A DNA stretch of 37,955 nucleotides from a virus: the IMG/VR virus record IMGVR_UViG_3300045988_159560, one strand, 5' to 3'. A program made the translations under genes and the position numbers. The notes below the pieces were generated by a model that was given only the letters and a program-made list of their open reading frames with translations, did not search any database and had not been told where the DNA came from. The first letter of the stretch is position 1. Each line of letters opens with the position of its first letter. This document shows, piece after piece, positions 6,996 through 15,282 of the stretch.

Positions 6996-9227
6996 TTAGG
7001 CCTGATTTCCGGGGGCGATCACGCCGATGCCAAGTCCGCCCTTACGTGCGGCGCCGGCACCCAGACGCATATCCATCGACATGCGCCAGCCGTAGTTCGA
7101 CGGGTCGGTGACCATATGGACGTTGGTACGTCCGATGGCGATGATGGCTTCCGAGGGGATGAACGCCAGAGCCGATCCGTACGCCGTAGCCGGGATGACA
7201 GGCGGCGTGTAGGCGGGAATGGCGCCCGTTTCGTCGGTGATCTTGCCGTCCAGATACAGTTCCGGGTCGATGATCTTGCTGGCGGCGCTGTCATACAGCG
7301 TCGTGATCGAACGAGGACGGAATGCGAAGCCTGCGTACTCTCCGAACATCGGGCGCATGCTTCCGGCGTTCTTGGTCAGCAGGTTCGTGAGCGTGGCGTT
7401 CGACTGGAGCTGTTCGTGCATGACGGCCGGCATCACCATTTCGGCGGCGAAGGTCTCCATGACGTAGTTCTGGTTGACGAACGCCGTCTGCATGGCGAGG
7501 AAGTCCGCCGGGGCGATCTCTTTCAGCGTGCCGGTTGCCGTCTGGTTAGCCGGGAAGGCGTTAGTTGCCGAGTACGTTTTCTCGCCCGTGGTCAGGCGCG
7601 TAACGCTGGCGTCCTCCGACAGCTTCTGGATGATGTAGTTGTGGGCCTTCGACGACAGCCAGCGCAGGGACTCCGAAGTGCCGAGTGCCACATCGTCGTA
7701 CGCCAGCAGATCGGTGTTGGCCTGCTGCCAAACGATGTTTTCGAGGGCGAAGAGGTGCATGATGATGCCCACGGGATCGTCGTCGTAGAGCGACGGCGAC
7801 ACGTTGACCGGGGCACGCTTGCCGAAGTACACCTTCGGCTTGATGGCCGAGTTGATCCAGATGATGCCGGCCACATCCTCGGCGCTGAGACGCGAAATGC
7901 GGTCTGCCCACGAATCGTCCGGGAAGAGTTCGCGGAAGATCATCGTGGACCACTCGATTTTGGCCAAGTCGGGCGTCGTTTCGATGAAGTTCATCGAGTT
8001 GATACCCGATGCGAACTGTTCGAGACGGTTCAGGGCCTCGTCAGCCGTACCGGTGGGACGGCCGTCGATGTCGAAGTTCATGCCCCCGACAGCGGCGCGG
8101 AAGCCGCGGTCTTTGGCGGCGAAATAGGCGAACTCGCGCAGGAGGTTCATGCGCGAATCCTGAGCGGCTTCGTTAGGGTTCATTTTCCCTACTGCCGCCG
8201 AGAATCGCACGGCTTCGGAGAATCGGTCTTTGCCGGCGTTGTCACGAAGATACTCGTGGATGGTTTTTCTTTCCATAGCGGAACTGAATTGAACGTTGGT
8301 TTTACTTGATTTTTCAACCGTATCCTCCACATTCAGGATGCGGGCGGCAGGTTTGGATTGCTCGGTTGTCGATGATGCGAAATTCTCGCCGCGCTCTTCG
8401 CGGCCGTCGTCATCGTCATCATCCTCTTCTTTCTTTTCGGCGTCGCGCACTTCCTCGGCGACCTTGCGGTCCTCTTCGGCCATGTCGCTGTCCGCCTTTG
8501 CGGCTTCGGCTCCCCGAATGCCGATCAGGCGCAGGAGCTCGCTAAACGCTCTGAGGGCGCCTTCGCGCGATCCTTCGAATTTCTCGGTTTCGGAAACCGT
8601 ACCGGCGTCAGCCGCTTCCGCAGGCTGGGCCGCGGCCGCGAACTGCTCCTGAGCCTGCTCCTGCGGGGCTTCCGAACCCTTCGCTTCGGCAGTTTTCTCC
8701 ACCTCGGCGGTCTGGTTCTCTTCTTTCATCTTGTTGAGATATTTGGTTAATGATTCGGTGTAGCCGGAGGTCAGGGATTCCAGCTCTTCGGCCTCCACAG
8801 CGCAGAATCCTACGCGCAGTGCCGGTTCGGCGCCCTCCACCTCGTCCACAGCGTTGGCATTCGAGGGAAGAGATAGGAGGGATATTTCGTACACATCGAA
8901 GCGCGTGGCGTACTTGATGCCGTCGCGCAGTGTGTAGTATATTTTGCCGGAGAGAGAGACGGCCCGGAGCGTACCGGCAAGGTACTGATCGCGCCGCTGC
9001 CGGGATTGCTCCGTCACTCCGTCAAATCGCAATTCTCCATACCAATCCCCGTCCTCTCCCCGGCGTATGTTCACCACGTTGCCGATAGGCTCACGGGGGT
9101 TGTGGTCCCAGAGCAGGATGGGATTTTTCTTGTAGCGGTCCCAGTTGATACCGTCGTTCAGAATGACATAATCCTTGTCGTTGAGCGATTCATCACTGAG
9201 CTTCTGCCGTTTGATCTTCAATTCCAT
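6996..9227 (-). CDS. Single polypeptide fusing an HK97-family prohead protease, an acidic scaffold-like linker and an HK97-fold major capsid protein
   Basis: 743 aa from ATG 9227 (MELKIKRQK...). The N-terminus carries protease-like motifs: NPILLWDHNPREPIGNV, AVSLSG, EISLLSLPSNANA. The middle is an acidic coiled-coil-like stretch (EEDRKVAEEVRDAEKKEEDDDDDDGREERGE). The C-terminal ~410 aa are capsid-like in size and position. The longer ORF-track start at 9452 overlaps the upstream gene and is Arg-rich noise. Confidence 0.75.
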   Translation of the reverse strand: MELKIKRQKLSDESLNDKDYVILNDGINWDRYKKNPILLWDHNPREPIGNVVNIRRGEDGDWYGELRFDGVTEQSRQRRDQYLAGTLRAVSLSGKIYYTLRDGIKYATRFDVYEISLLSLPSNANAVDEVEGAEPALRVGFCAVEAEELESLTSGYTESLTKYLNKMKEENQTAEVEKTAEAKGSEAPQEQAQEQFAAAAQPAEAADAGTVSETEKFEGSREGALRAFSELLRLIGIRGAEAAKADSDMAEEDRKVAEEVRDAEKKEEDDDDDDGREERGENFASSTTEQSKPAARILNVEDTVEKSSKTNVQFSSAMERKTIHEYLRDNAGKDRFSEAVRFSAAVGKMNPNEAAQDSRMNLLREFAYFAAKDRGFRAAVGGMNFDIDGRPTGTADEALNRLEQFASGINSMNFIETTPDLAKIEWSTMIFRELFPDDSWADRISRLSAEDVAGIIWINSAIKPKVYFGKRAPVNVSPSLYDDDPVGIIMHLFALENIVWQQANTDLLAYDDVALGTSESLRWLSSKAHNYIIQKLSEDASVTRLTTGEKTYSATNAFPANQTATGTLKEIAPADFLAMQTAFVNQNYVMETFAAEMVMPAVMHEQLQSNATLTNLLTKNAGSMRPMFGEYAGFAFRPRSITTLYDSAASKIIDPELYLDGKITDETGAIPAYTPPVIPATAYGSALAFIPSEAIIAIGRTNVHMVTDPSNYGWRMSMDMRLGAGAARKGGLGIGVIAPGNQA

Positions 9228-9229
9228 AA

Positions 9230-9811
9230 TCAAGTTGTTACGATGGGCAACTCCGTGGTCAGGTCCTGATCCGTTCCGGTGAACCCTTTGATTTTTACCT
9301 TTTCGACCTCTTCCGTCGGCCGGCTCTCGCGGGCCAGCTCCAGATCGAACACCGTGCTTTCGTACATTACCTCGCACACCATCACTTCGGTGTTGAAGGT
9401 ATCTTTGGTGGAAATGCGCTGGTAGGTCTTGAAGCCCTGATAGAGAGGCCAAAGGTTGTATTTCTGTTGGAGTCCCAGAAAATCACCTGCCGTCTTGGCC
9501 TTTTCCACCGCATTGCGGACGCCGTGCCCCAGCGAAATAAGGCTTGCCTGAAACTGCTTGTCAGCGGACCACGAATAGTTGGTGAGATCGACAAGCACGC
9601 AGAGCTTGATTCTGAGCCGGTCCTTGATGGCTCCGCCTATGAACACGTCGGCGTTGTTGCTGTCCTCCACCCCCACGGCGATGGCCGGTAAGAGGGTATT
9701 GACGGTCTGGGTTTCGTCGGATGATATGACGCAGACGGACATTTTATTCGCAATCACGACCTGAGAATTGCGAAGTACCTGAATGATCCTATCTATGATG
9801 TCACCGAACAT
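9230..9811 (-). CDS. Hypothetical head-module protein
   Basis: 193-aa ORF. Its stop lies 2 nt before the protease-capsid ATG. It has its own promoter-like site upstream. Confidence 0.55.
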   Translation of the reverse strand: MFGDIIDRIIQVLRNSQVVIANKMSVCVISSDETQTVNTLLPAIAVGVEDSNNADVFIGGAIKDRLRIKLCVLVDLTNYSWSADKQFQASLISLGHGVRNAVEKAKTAGDFLGLQQKYNLWPLYQGFKTYQRISTKDTFNTEVMVCEVMYESTVFDLELARESRPTEEVEKVKIKGFTGTDQDLTTELPIVTT

Positions 9812-9819
9812 ATTTCACG

Positions 9820-9851
9820 CAAACGTAAGTTATTTTCAGATAAATTCCAAA
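9820..9851 (-). promoter_or_regulatory. Bacteroidota-type promoter candidate (TTTG-N20-TACGTTTG)
   Basis: The minus strand has tttg at 9851-9848 and tacgtttg at 9827-9820. The ATG at 9811 lies only 8 nt after the -7 box. Confidence 0.5.
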
Positions 9852-9865
9852 TTCCGGCGAAAAAA

Positions 9866-10357
9866 TTATTTTCGCATGGCCGCATTCACCTCTTTTCGGA
9901 TCACCTGCATGAACTTGCGGACCGAGCGCCGGCCGATGCCCATATACTGGCGCTGTTTGGGCCGCCGGGGAAGCCATACGCGCTTGGTGGCGCTGGGCGG
10001 CTGGCGCAGGGTGGAACCCGTAACAGGCATGCCGGGGCGCCATCCCTCGTTATGCATCTGCGCATAGGAGAGAGGCGATCCGAGTGATACGACCGCGGCG
10101 CGGGAAGAGATACGGTGTACCTTCGGCTGGATGGATCGGAACAGGCGCCCCGTGTACCGGAGCTTGGGGTAGGTCAATTTGTCCTCGTAGCGCCGTTCCG
10201 GCCATCGCTTCCTCACATCGTCGTTGCCGTAGGATTCGTTGAGGAAGTTGGTGCGCGTCTCCTCCAGCATGGACGCCCCCAGCTTTGCCGGCAGCACCTC
10301 GATCAGATGTTGCCGTAGCCGGCGGCAGTCGAGTTCGAAGTCGCGCGCGGTTTTCAT
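9866..10357 (-). CDS. Virion morphogenesis protein (Mu gpG / HK97 gp10-like)
   Basis: 163 aa directly after the portal gene (ATGA overlap). Pattern TGRLFRSIQPKV...VVSLGSPLSYAQMHNEG...RQYMGIGRRS resembles the family signature ...YA.iHqfG...R.flG. Confidence 0.45.
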   Translation of the reverse strand: MKTARDFELDCRRLRQHLIEVLPAKLGASMLEETRTNFLNESYGNDDVRKRWPERRYEDKLTYPKLRYTGRLFRSIQPKVHRISSRAAVVSLGSPLSYAQMHNEGWRPGMPVTGSTLRQPPSATKRVWLPRRPKQRQYMGIGRRSVRKFMQVIRKEVNAAMRK

Positions 10358-11664
10358 TCCGTCTCGGTTTTCTCGGTTACCTTTTCGGTCTGATCCTCCT
10401 TCTTCCGGGGGTTGAACACGCGGCCGATCAGGCTCTGTTTCTCTTCCTCCTTCTTTTCGGCTTCGACGTCCGAGGGGTCGATGCCTACGCGCCGGAACGC
10501 TTCGGGCTTGAACTTCGACCCCTGCTTGGCCATCATGTTGCCCACGTCCACGAAGGTGCTGATCGGCAGACGGTCGTCGGGGAGTTCGATGATGGGGGCA
10601 GATTCGATGGAAGCGTCATCGAACAGCACGGCAAGTTTGTGCTTGGTGTCCTCGCGGTTCATAATCATCAGGGCCATTTCGGCGTCGGCGTTCAGGATGT
10701 CCTGATAGATTTCCCAATGTATCTGCGCCAGCTGCTCGGAGTTGGTATTTTTCTCCGTGGAGCCGAGCAGGGTGCCGCCGGTTACCGCCTGCATGATTTC
10801 GGAGCGGTATTCCACGATGTACTCCTTCATTACGCGGAAGGCGTCGGAACCCGTCTGCGTGTTGATGGGGTTTACCTCGATGGAGTAAAGACTCTTGCCG
10901 TTGTTCACCATGTCCTGCACGTAGGGAATCAGGGGAATGGTGAGCATGTCGAGGTTCTGGGCCACGGTCTGGGCCTGCGATTGGGCTTTGGCGTTGTTGG
11001 CGTCGTAACCGATGGTTGTGAGGGGGAAAGAGTACCTTTTGCCCAGCACCTGCCAGTCGTTGAACATCTCCACAATGCCGATCATGGCGCGGGAGATGGA
11101 TTGCAGAAGGCCGAGCTTGAAATCCTGATCGCTTTCCGGCTGGAAGAAGAAGAGGTTGTCGTAGTCCGCGGCGTTGATGACCTGATAGTATTCGAAGGTC
11201 TGGAAACGCAGGGCTTCGTTGAAGATGTCGATGTTGCGCAGGGGGAAGTCCACCACCTTGCGCTTTTCGGGGTTGATGGCCACCATCTTGCATCCGTAGA
11301 ACTGCGACAGGAGGATATATCGGATAAACCGTTTGAACCACCACGAATTCCGGATGTATTTCTCCGTCAGCCGGGAGTTCTCGCGGCCGTTGCGGCCGAA
11401 CACGAAGTTGCGCTTATAGATGGGAATGAGGCGCTTGTTGATCTGCGAGACCAAGAACGGCGACGACTGCATGCACCACGAGTATAGGGTGTCCAGCAGG
11501 GACATGTCCGAGTACTGGATGGCCATGTCCACGGCGCGCCGCCACAGCGCCGGCGTCCACTCCCGGCGGTAGTTGTTGAACAGATACCGGGATTCGATAT
11601 TGCCGGTGCCTACCTGTTGAGGCACAGAGAATGGATTTATGCGAGGGAATTTAAATTTTGCCAT
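10354..11664 (-). CDS. Portal protein
   Basis: 436 aa in the terminase-proximal position, with an acidic C-terminal tail. Size and position fit a portal. The family (possibly Mu gp29/DUF935-like) is not verified. Confidence 0.65.
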   Translation of the reverse strand: MAKFKFPRINPFSVPQQVGTGNIESRYLFNNYRREWTPALWRRAVDMAIQYSDMSLLDTLYSWCMQSSPFLVSQINKRLIPIYKRNFVFGRNGRENSRLTEKYIRNSWWFKRFIRYILLSQFYGCKMVAINPEKRKVVDFPLRNIDIFNEALRFQTFEYYQVINAADYDNLFFFQPESDQDFKLGLLQSISRAMIGIVEMFNDWQVLGKRYSFPLTTIGYDANNAKAQSQAQTVAQNLDMLTIPLIPYVQDMVNNGKSLYSIEVNPINTQTGSDAFRVMKEYIVEYRSEIMQAVTGGTLLGSTEKNTNSEQLAQIHWEIYQDILNADAEMALMIMNREDTKHKLAVLFDDASIESAPIIELPDDRLPISTFVDVGNMMAKQGSKFKPEAFRRVGIDPSDVEAEKKEEEKQSLIGRVFNPRKKEDQTEKVTEKTETE

Positions 11665-12202
11665 ATGCGTATTCGATTAATAATCCATGAACGGTTTTGC
11701 GTCTACCTGAAAGAACTCGGCTTATACTTTGCGGAGTACACCCCAACATGCGAGCGCATTTACCAATTCCTGACAATATAGCCAACTGCTTCCCATTAGG
11801 AAGTGATATCATTAGGGTTTTTCTGGCAGATTCGCCGGATCGTTTATTTCGGGTGCCGTAATTGTGGTTGTACTCAGCCGTACACCACTCCAGATTCTCC
11901 ACGCGATTATCAGTCTTGACCTCGTTCTTGTGGTTTACTTGAGGCAAATTATCGGGATTGGGGATAAATGCTTGCGCCACCAGCCTATGTACTTTGGTAC
12001 TCCATCCCTTCCCGTGTCGGGACAACTGCACGATTGGGTACCCCTTCTTATCAAGAAATGTTCGTACCATTTTATCCCCCATTCGGGTGTTCTTTCGAAC
12101 GCGAGATAAATTTCTGTCCGGGGCGTAAATACGCTTTATGCGACCGAGGTTAGAAACCATATACACCCCTTCATATCCCGGTATGTCTCTCCAAACTTCC
12201 AT
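11651..12202 (-). CDS. Free-standing HNH homing endonuclease (NUMOD4 N-terminus, HNH_3 core, C-terminal HTH)
   Basis: 183 aa from ATG 12202. Motifs: MEVWRDIPGYEGVYMVSNLGRIK, VNHKNEVKTDNRVENLEWCTAEYNHNYG and ARMLGCTPQSISRVLSGRRKTVHG. The gene is visibly more AT-rich than its neighbours. Confidence 0.9.
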   Translation of the reverse strand: MEVWRDIPGYEGVYMVSNLGRIKRIYAPDRNLSRVRKNTRMGDKMVRTFLDKKGYPIVQLSRHGKGWSTKVHRLVAQAFIPNPDNLPQVNHKNEVKTDNRVENLEWCTAEYNHNYGTRNKRSGESARKTLMISLPNGKQLAILSGIGKCARMLGCTPQSISRVLSGRRKTVHGLLIEYAYGKI

Positions 12203-12984
12203 TATCCGAGGTATTTGTAACGGGAGGTGATGACTTCCGCGTTGGCGTTCTGGGAATCGGTGCGGTAGGGCGCCGGCTCTTCGAGCGACACCACTCCGCC
12301 CTTGAGTTTGATGATGGTTTGGGCGACCTTCTCGTAGGCCGCGGCAAGGGGTTCCGAGTAGTTCAGGCTCGGCGATGCGATGTTGTATGCGGTCAGGACC
12401 TGCAAAATCCAGCGTATCGTGTCGTCCTTGCGGCTCTCGTCCTCTTCGCCGAGCATGGCGGCCATGTCGAAGATGTTGCCGATGTTGGCGGTAAGCTCCC
12501 CCACGGCGGCGCGGTAGGCGTCGGAGACGCAGTCCGGGTACATGTTTTTGAACTGCCGAAGCTGTTGGGGCGTGATGTAGATGCCAAGCGCCGATTCGGG
12601 GAAGTAATTCGGCGACATGTCGAGCTGAATGACCGCCGCGGCCCACGCGGCATGGTCCGTGACATCTTCGGTGCATGCGATGTCGATAAAGACGGTTTCG
12701 ACGTCGGCGAGCCACTCGGCGCCGAGCGTTACCGACAAGGGCGATCCGGTGGCCATGACGGGTTCCGTCATCTCCCCCGCGGCGGTGCGGCCGAAGACAA
12801 ACGCCTGATCGGCCTGCGCCTCGAACAGATCGGTGGGCGCCGCGGCGAAGCGCAGATACCCGTCGGGGAATGCCGACGCGGGAAATGATGCGCAGACTTG
12901 CGATGCTACGCCGGGGTCATGCGTTCCGGTCGATGGGTCGTATACGCCCTGAATCCAATTTTGGTTTTTGACTGCTACTGGCAT
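12202..12984 (-). CDS. Hypothetical protein between the large terminase and HNH/portal genes
   Basis: 260 aa from ATG 12984 (ATGA overlap with the terminase stop). The ORF-track extension to 13596 is an Arg-rich out-of-frame overlap with terL. Confidence 0.55.
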   Translation of the reverse strand: MPVAVKNQNWIQGVYDPSTGTHDPGVASQVCASFPASAFPDGYLRFAAAPTDLFEAQADQAFVFGRTAAGEMTEPVMATGSPLSVTLGAEWLADVETVFIDIACTEDVTDHAAWAAAVIQLDMSPNYFPESALGIYITPQQLRQFKNMYPDCVSDAYRAAVGELTANIGNIFDMAAMLGEEDESRKDDTIRWILQVLTAYNIASPSLNYSEPLAAAYEKVAQTIIKLKGGVVSLEEPAPYRTDSQNANAEVITSRYKYLG

Positions 12985-14387
12985 CAGCTTGGAATTTGGG
13001 TCAGCGTGCCGCGGCGGTAGAAGAGTACCTGCGCGCCGTCGGTGCGCGACTGTTGGACAATATTGTGGTTGAGGAACGTGACGCCCTTCGCGCAGGCGTC
13101 GGGTATGTCGTCCTTGCGGTCCGAGGTCTTGGTGTCGGAGAATCGCACGAACTGGTCGATGATATGCTCGTATACGCCGCATTTCTGCAATTCGTTGCAA
13201 AATACGAATTTCCCGGTATTCACCAGCGGCTCCAGCGTCGATTCGATGCACGAGAACTTGTCGCCGTGGTTGAGCGTGTCCCAGCATATCGGCGCCGTCC
13301 ATCGGTTGTCGATCTGGAAGCGTTGCAAGGTCTTCTCGAAGTCGAGGGGAAGCTGTTTCTTCTCGATGATGATTCGCGGGGTCAGGGGCGCTTTCATGGC
13401 CAGCTCGTAGATGTTTTCGAGCATCTGATGGCTCGTGCCCTGCACGGCGCGGCAGTCCCAGAGCCAGATGCGGGTGTCTACGGTCCGCACCAGCGTTACC
13501 GTGGCTTTGAAGTCGTTGGTTTCCTTCGACTTGGCCGAGGGGTCGGTGTAGATCACGCATTCGACGATCTGGTCGATATGCGGCCGGTAGAGCCACGTGA
13601 ACTGCCGGAAATACTTTCCGGTGCCGATCTTCGAATACTCGCCGTCGCGGAAGCGGGCGCGGGAGAGGGTGGAGAGTCGGTCCAGCCCCTGAAAGTACTG
13701 CTTGGACACAAACTGCACGTTGTCGTCTTTGGAGAAGTGCATGGCGTACATCAGCTCCGTGATGGACTCCGAGAGGGGCGATCCGTCCATGTTCTCCTGC
13801 TTGAAGAAGCGTTTGTAGGTCCAGTGCAACTCGGTTGTGGGATTCAGGGCGTAGAGCATGATGTTGGGCACGGGCAACAGCTGCGCAAGACGCGAGTAGA
13901 GGGTTTCGATGGCGGCGAAGTCGATCTCCGACACCTCGTCGGCGAAGATATGACCCCAGTCCGTGGAGAGGATTTTGTCGTAGGTGTCGCCGGCGCCGTC
14001 CGCCCCGGCGCGTATCGACGCGAACTGGATGTAGGCGCCGTTGAACAGCGTCAGCACGTTGTCCTTGCCGTTGTACTTGGCGAAGGGCTTTCCTCCGACC
14101 ATGAGTTTCTGGTATGTTTTCTTGCCGTTAAGTCGGGCTATGGCGTCCAGCACGCGGGGCAGCGTCTGGCGGATCATACCCATGTTGAGCGAGGTGAAGG
14201 TCTCGCGCACCACCAGCGAGTTGGCATTGTAGACAATGGCCTGAACGATCATCCAGAAAAGTATCAGGAAAGTCTTGCCGGAGCGGGATGCGCCGTAAAA
14301 CAGAATTTCCGTGAACTTTCCGGAGTTGAGCAGGTTATACATCTCTACCTGCTTGGGGTTCAGGGGTATGTCCAGCCGTACTTTCAT
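12984..14387 (-). CDS. terL: Terminase large subunit
   Basis: 467 aa. Walker A is GASRSGKT and Walker B-like is HIFADEVSE. The C-terminal region fits a nuclease domain. Confidence 0.85.
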   Translation of the reverse strand: MKVRLDIPLNPKQVEMYNLLNSGKFTEILFYGASRSGKTFLILFWMIVQAIVYNANSLVVRETFTSLNMGMIRQTLPRVLDAIARLNGKKTYQKLMVGGKPFAKYNGKDNVLTLFNGAYIQFASIRAGADGAGDTYDKILSTDWGHIFADEVSEIDFAAIETLYSRLAQLLPVPNIMLYALNPTTELHWTYKRFFKQENMDGSPLSESITELMYAMHFSKDDNVQFVSKQYFQGLDRLSTLSRARFRDGEYSKIGTGKYFRQFTWLYRPHIDQIVECVIYTDPSAKSKETNDFKATVTLVRTVDTRIWLWDCRAVQGTSHQMLENIYELAMKAPLTPRIIIEKKQLPLDFEKTLQRFQIDNRWTAPICWDTLNHGDKFSCIESTLEPLVNTGKFVFCNELQKCGVYEHIIDQFVRFSDTKTSDRKDDIPDACAKGVTFLNHNIVQQSRTDGAQVLFYRRGTLTQIPS

Positions 14388-14776
14388 CAGGTTCTTTCCA
14401 GTGAAACGATCACCTCGTCCTTATCGTCGCCGGCTCCGGCCGCCGAGTCTATTTTCTGCTGTTTTTCCTGCATGACGATGGTCTCCTTAGCCAGCGCGAT
14501 GTAGGTTTTCAGCAGATCCAGTTTCTTTCCGCACTGATATATCAGCTTGTTGTCGGAGGTGCGCATGGTGACGCGGCGCATGACCTCCATGTCCTCCAGC
14601 ACCCCGACTTTCAGCAGGAACTCCGTCACGGGGTTCTTGTCGTCGCCGAAGCGCTTGCGCACGTCCTCGCGGACCTCGGCGCGGACCTCTTCCATCAGGG
14701 CCGCGCGCTCTTCGGCGTCGGCGCCCGCGGCCGGCGCGGCGCCCGCCGCTCTGTTCGCCCACGGATTCGTTCCCAT
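14387..14776 (-). CDS. Candidate terminase small subunit
   Basis: 129-aa ORF whose stop overlaps the terL start (ATGA). Position only. Confidence 0.4.
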   Translation of the reverse strand: MGTNPWANRAAGAAPAAGADAEERAALMEEVRAEVREDVRKRFGDDKNPVTEFLLKVGVLEDMEVMRRVTMRTSDNKLIYQCGKKLDLLKTYIALAKETIVMQEKQQKIDSAAGAGDDKDEVIVSLERT

Positions 14777-14778
14777 CG

Positions 14779-15003
14779 CTACTTGAATTTACGGATGTCG
14801 CACAAAGGCTTGTCTTGGGCCACGGCGCGGACCAGCGCCATGTAGAGACCCGGCCCGGACGCCGGCAGGTCGGGAATGATCTCCAGCTCTTCGTTGTCCA
14901 CCGAAGAGTGGATAGTAACGGTCCCTGTGAACTCGTCGAGGTCGATGCCGATGACGTTCTGGGAGTTTATGCGCACTGCGGATGTGGATTTGGCGATAAT
15001 CAT
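14779..15003 (-). CDS. Hypothetical protein, first gene of the long late operon
   Basis: 74-aa ORF ending in TAG. It lies about 22 nt downstream of a consensus promoter. Confidence 0.5.
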   Translation of the reverse strand: MIIAKSTSAVRINSQNVIGIDLDEFTGTVTIHSSVDNEELEIIPDLPASGPGLYMALVRAVAQDKPLCDIRKFK

Positions 15004-15025
15004 TGCTTCGGGGTTAATGTCCGGA

Positions 15026-15056
15026 CAAACTTAGCGAAATTTCCGATAAAATCAAA
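15026..15056 (-). promoter_or_regulatory. Bacteroidota-type promoter for the morphogenesis operon (TTTG-N19-TAAGTTTG)
   Basis: The minus strand has tttg at 15056-15053, a 19-nt spacer, and taagtttg at 15033-15026. The ATG is at 15003. Confidence 0.65.
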
Positions 15057-15059
15057 AAA

Positions 15060-15091
15060 GAGACGAAAAAGCGCCGGAAAAATTCCGGCGC
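15060..15091 (-). terminator. Intrinsic terminator ending the short leftward unit
   Basis: The minus strand reads gcgccggaa-ttt-ttccggcgc (9-bp stem, 15091-15071) followed by tttttcgtctctttttt. Confidence 0.65.
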
Positions 15092-15282
15092 CGCTGCAAA
15101 ATCCAAAACATTATGCGAACAGGCCGACTGTCAGGCCCAGAGGTTTCGAAAGGCGGCCGGGTACACACCTTAATCTTGGGAAAGGGGGAATGAATCTGAG
15201 AAAAAACAAAACCGCCCCGGCCGATCCGGTTGCGCGCCGGACATCACAAAGATAGGGAGAAATTCCGGATTTCCAAATTTCC

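Noticed and set aside
6108-8309. 733-aa plus-strand ORF, the longest in that region
   Set aside because: It is antisense to the protease-capsid and sheath genes. Its sequence is Arg/Gly/Val-rich with low-complexity runs such as FRFRFRFR and RRRR, which is typical of shadow ORFs opposite GC-rich coding sequence. The minus strand carries recognisable protease motifs.
9228-9452. N-terminal extensions suggested by the ORF track: 6996..9452, 11651..12715, 12202..13596, 36784..37767, 19877..20908, 21541..22113 and 21413..21814
   Set aside because: The extra N-terminal segments are Arg/His/Gly-rich and overlap the 3' ends of upstream genes in another frame. In each case an internal ATG sits directly at or next to the upstream stop and begins the recognisable protein (MELKIK, MEVWRDIPGYEG, MPVAVKN, MSDIIFDL, MDAKQM, MEQKTC, MQQIKL).
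12996-14504. 502-aa plus-strand ORF. Similar long plus-strand ORFs lie at 10285..11487, 1349..2278 and 31496..32545.
   Set aside because: All are antisense shadows of well-supported minus-strand genes (terL, portal, tail genes, fibre). Their composition is Arg/Gly/His/Val-biased, they have no motifs, and they do not fit the compact minus-strand operon.
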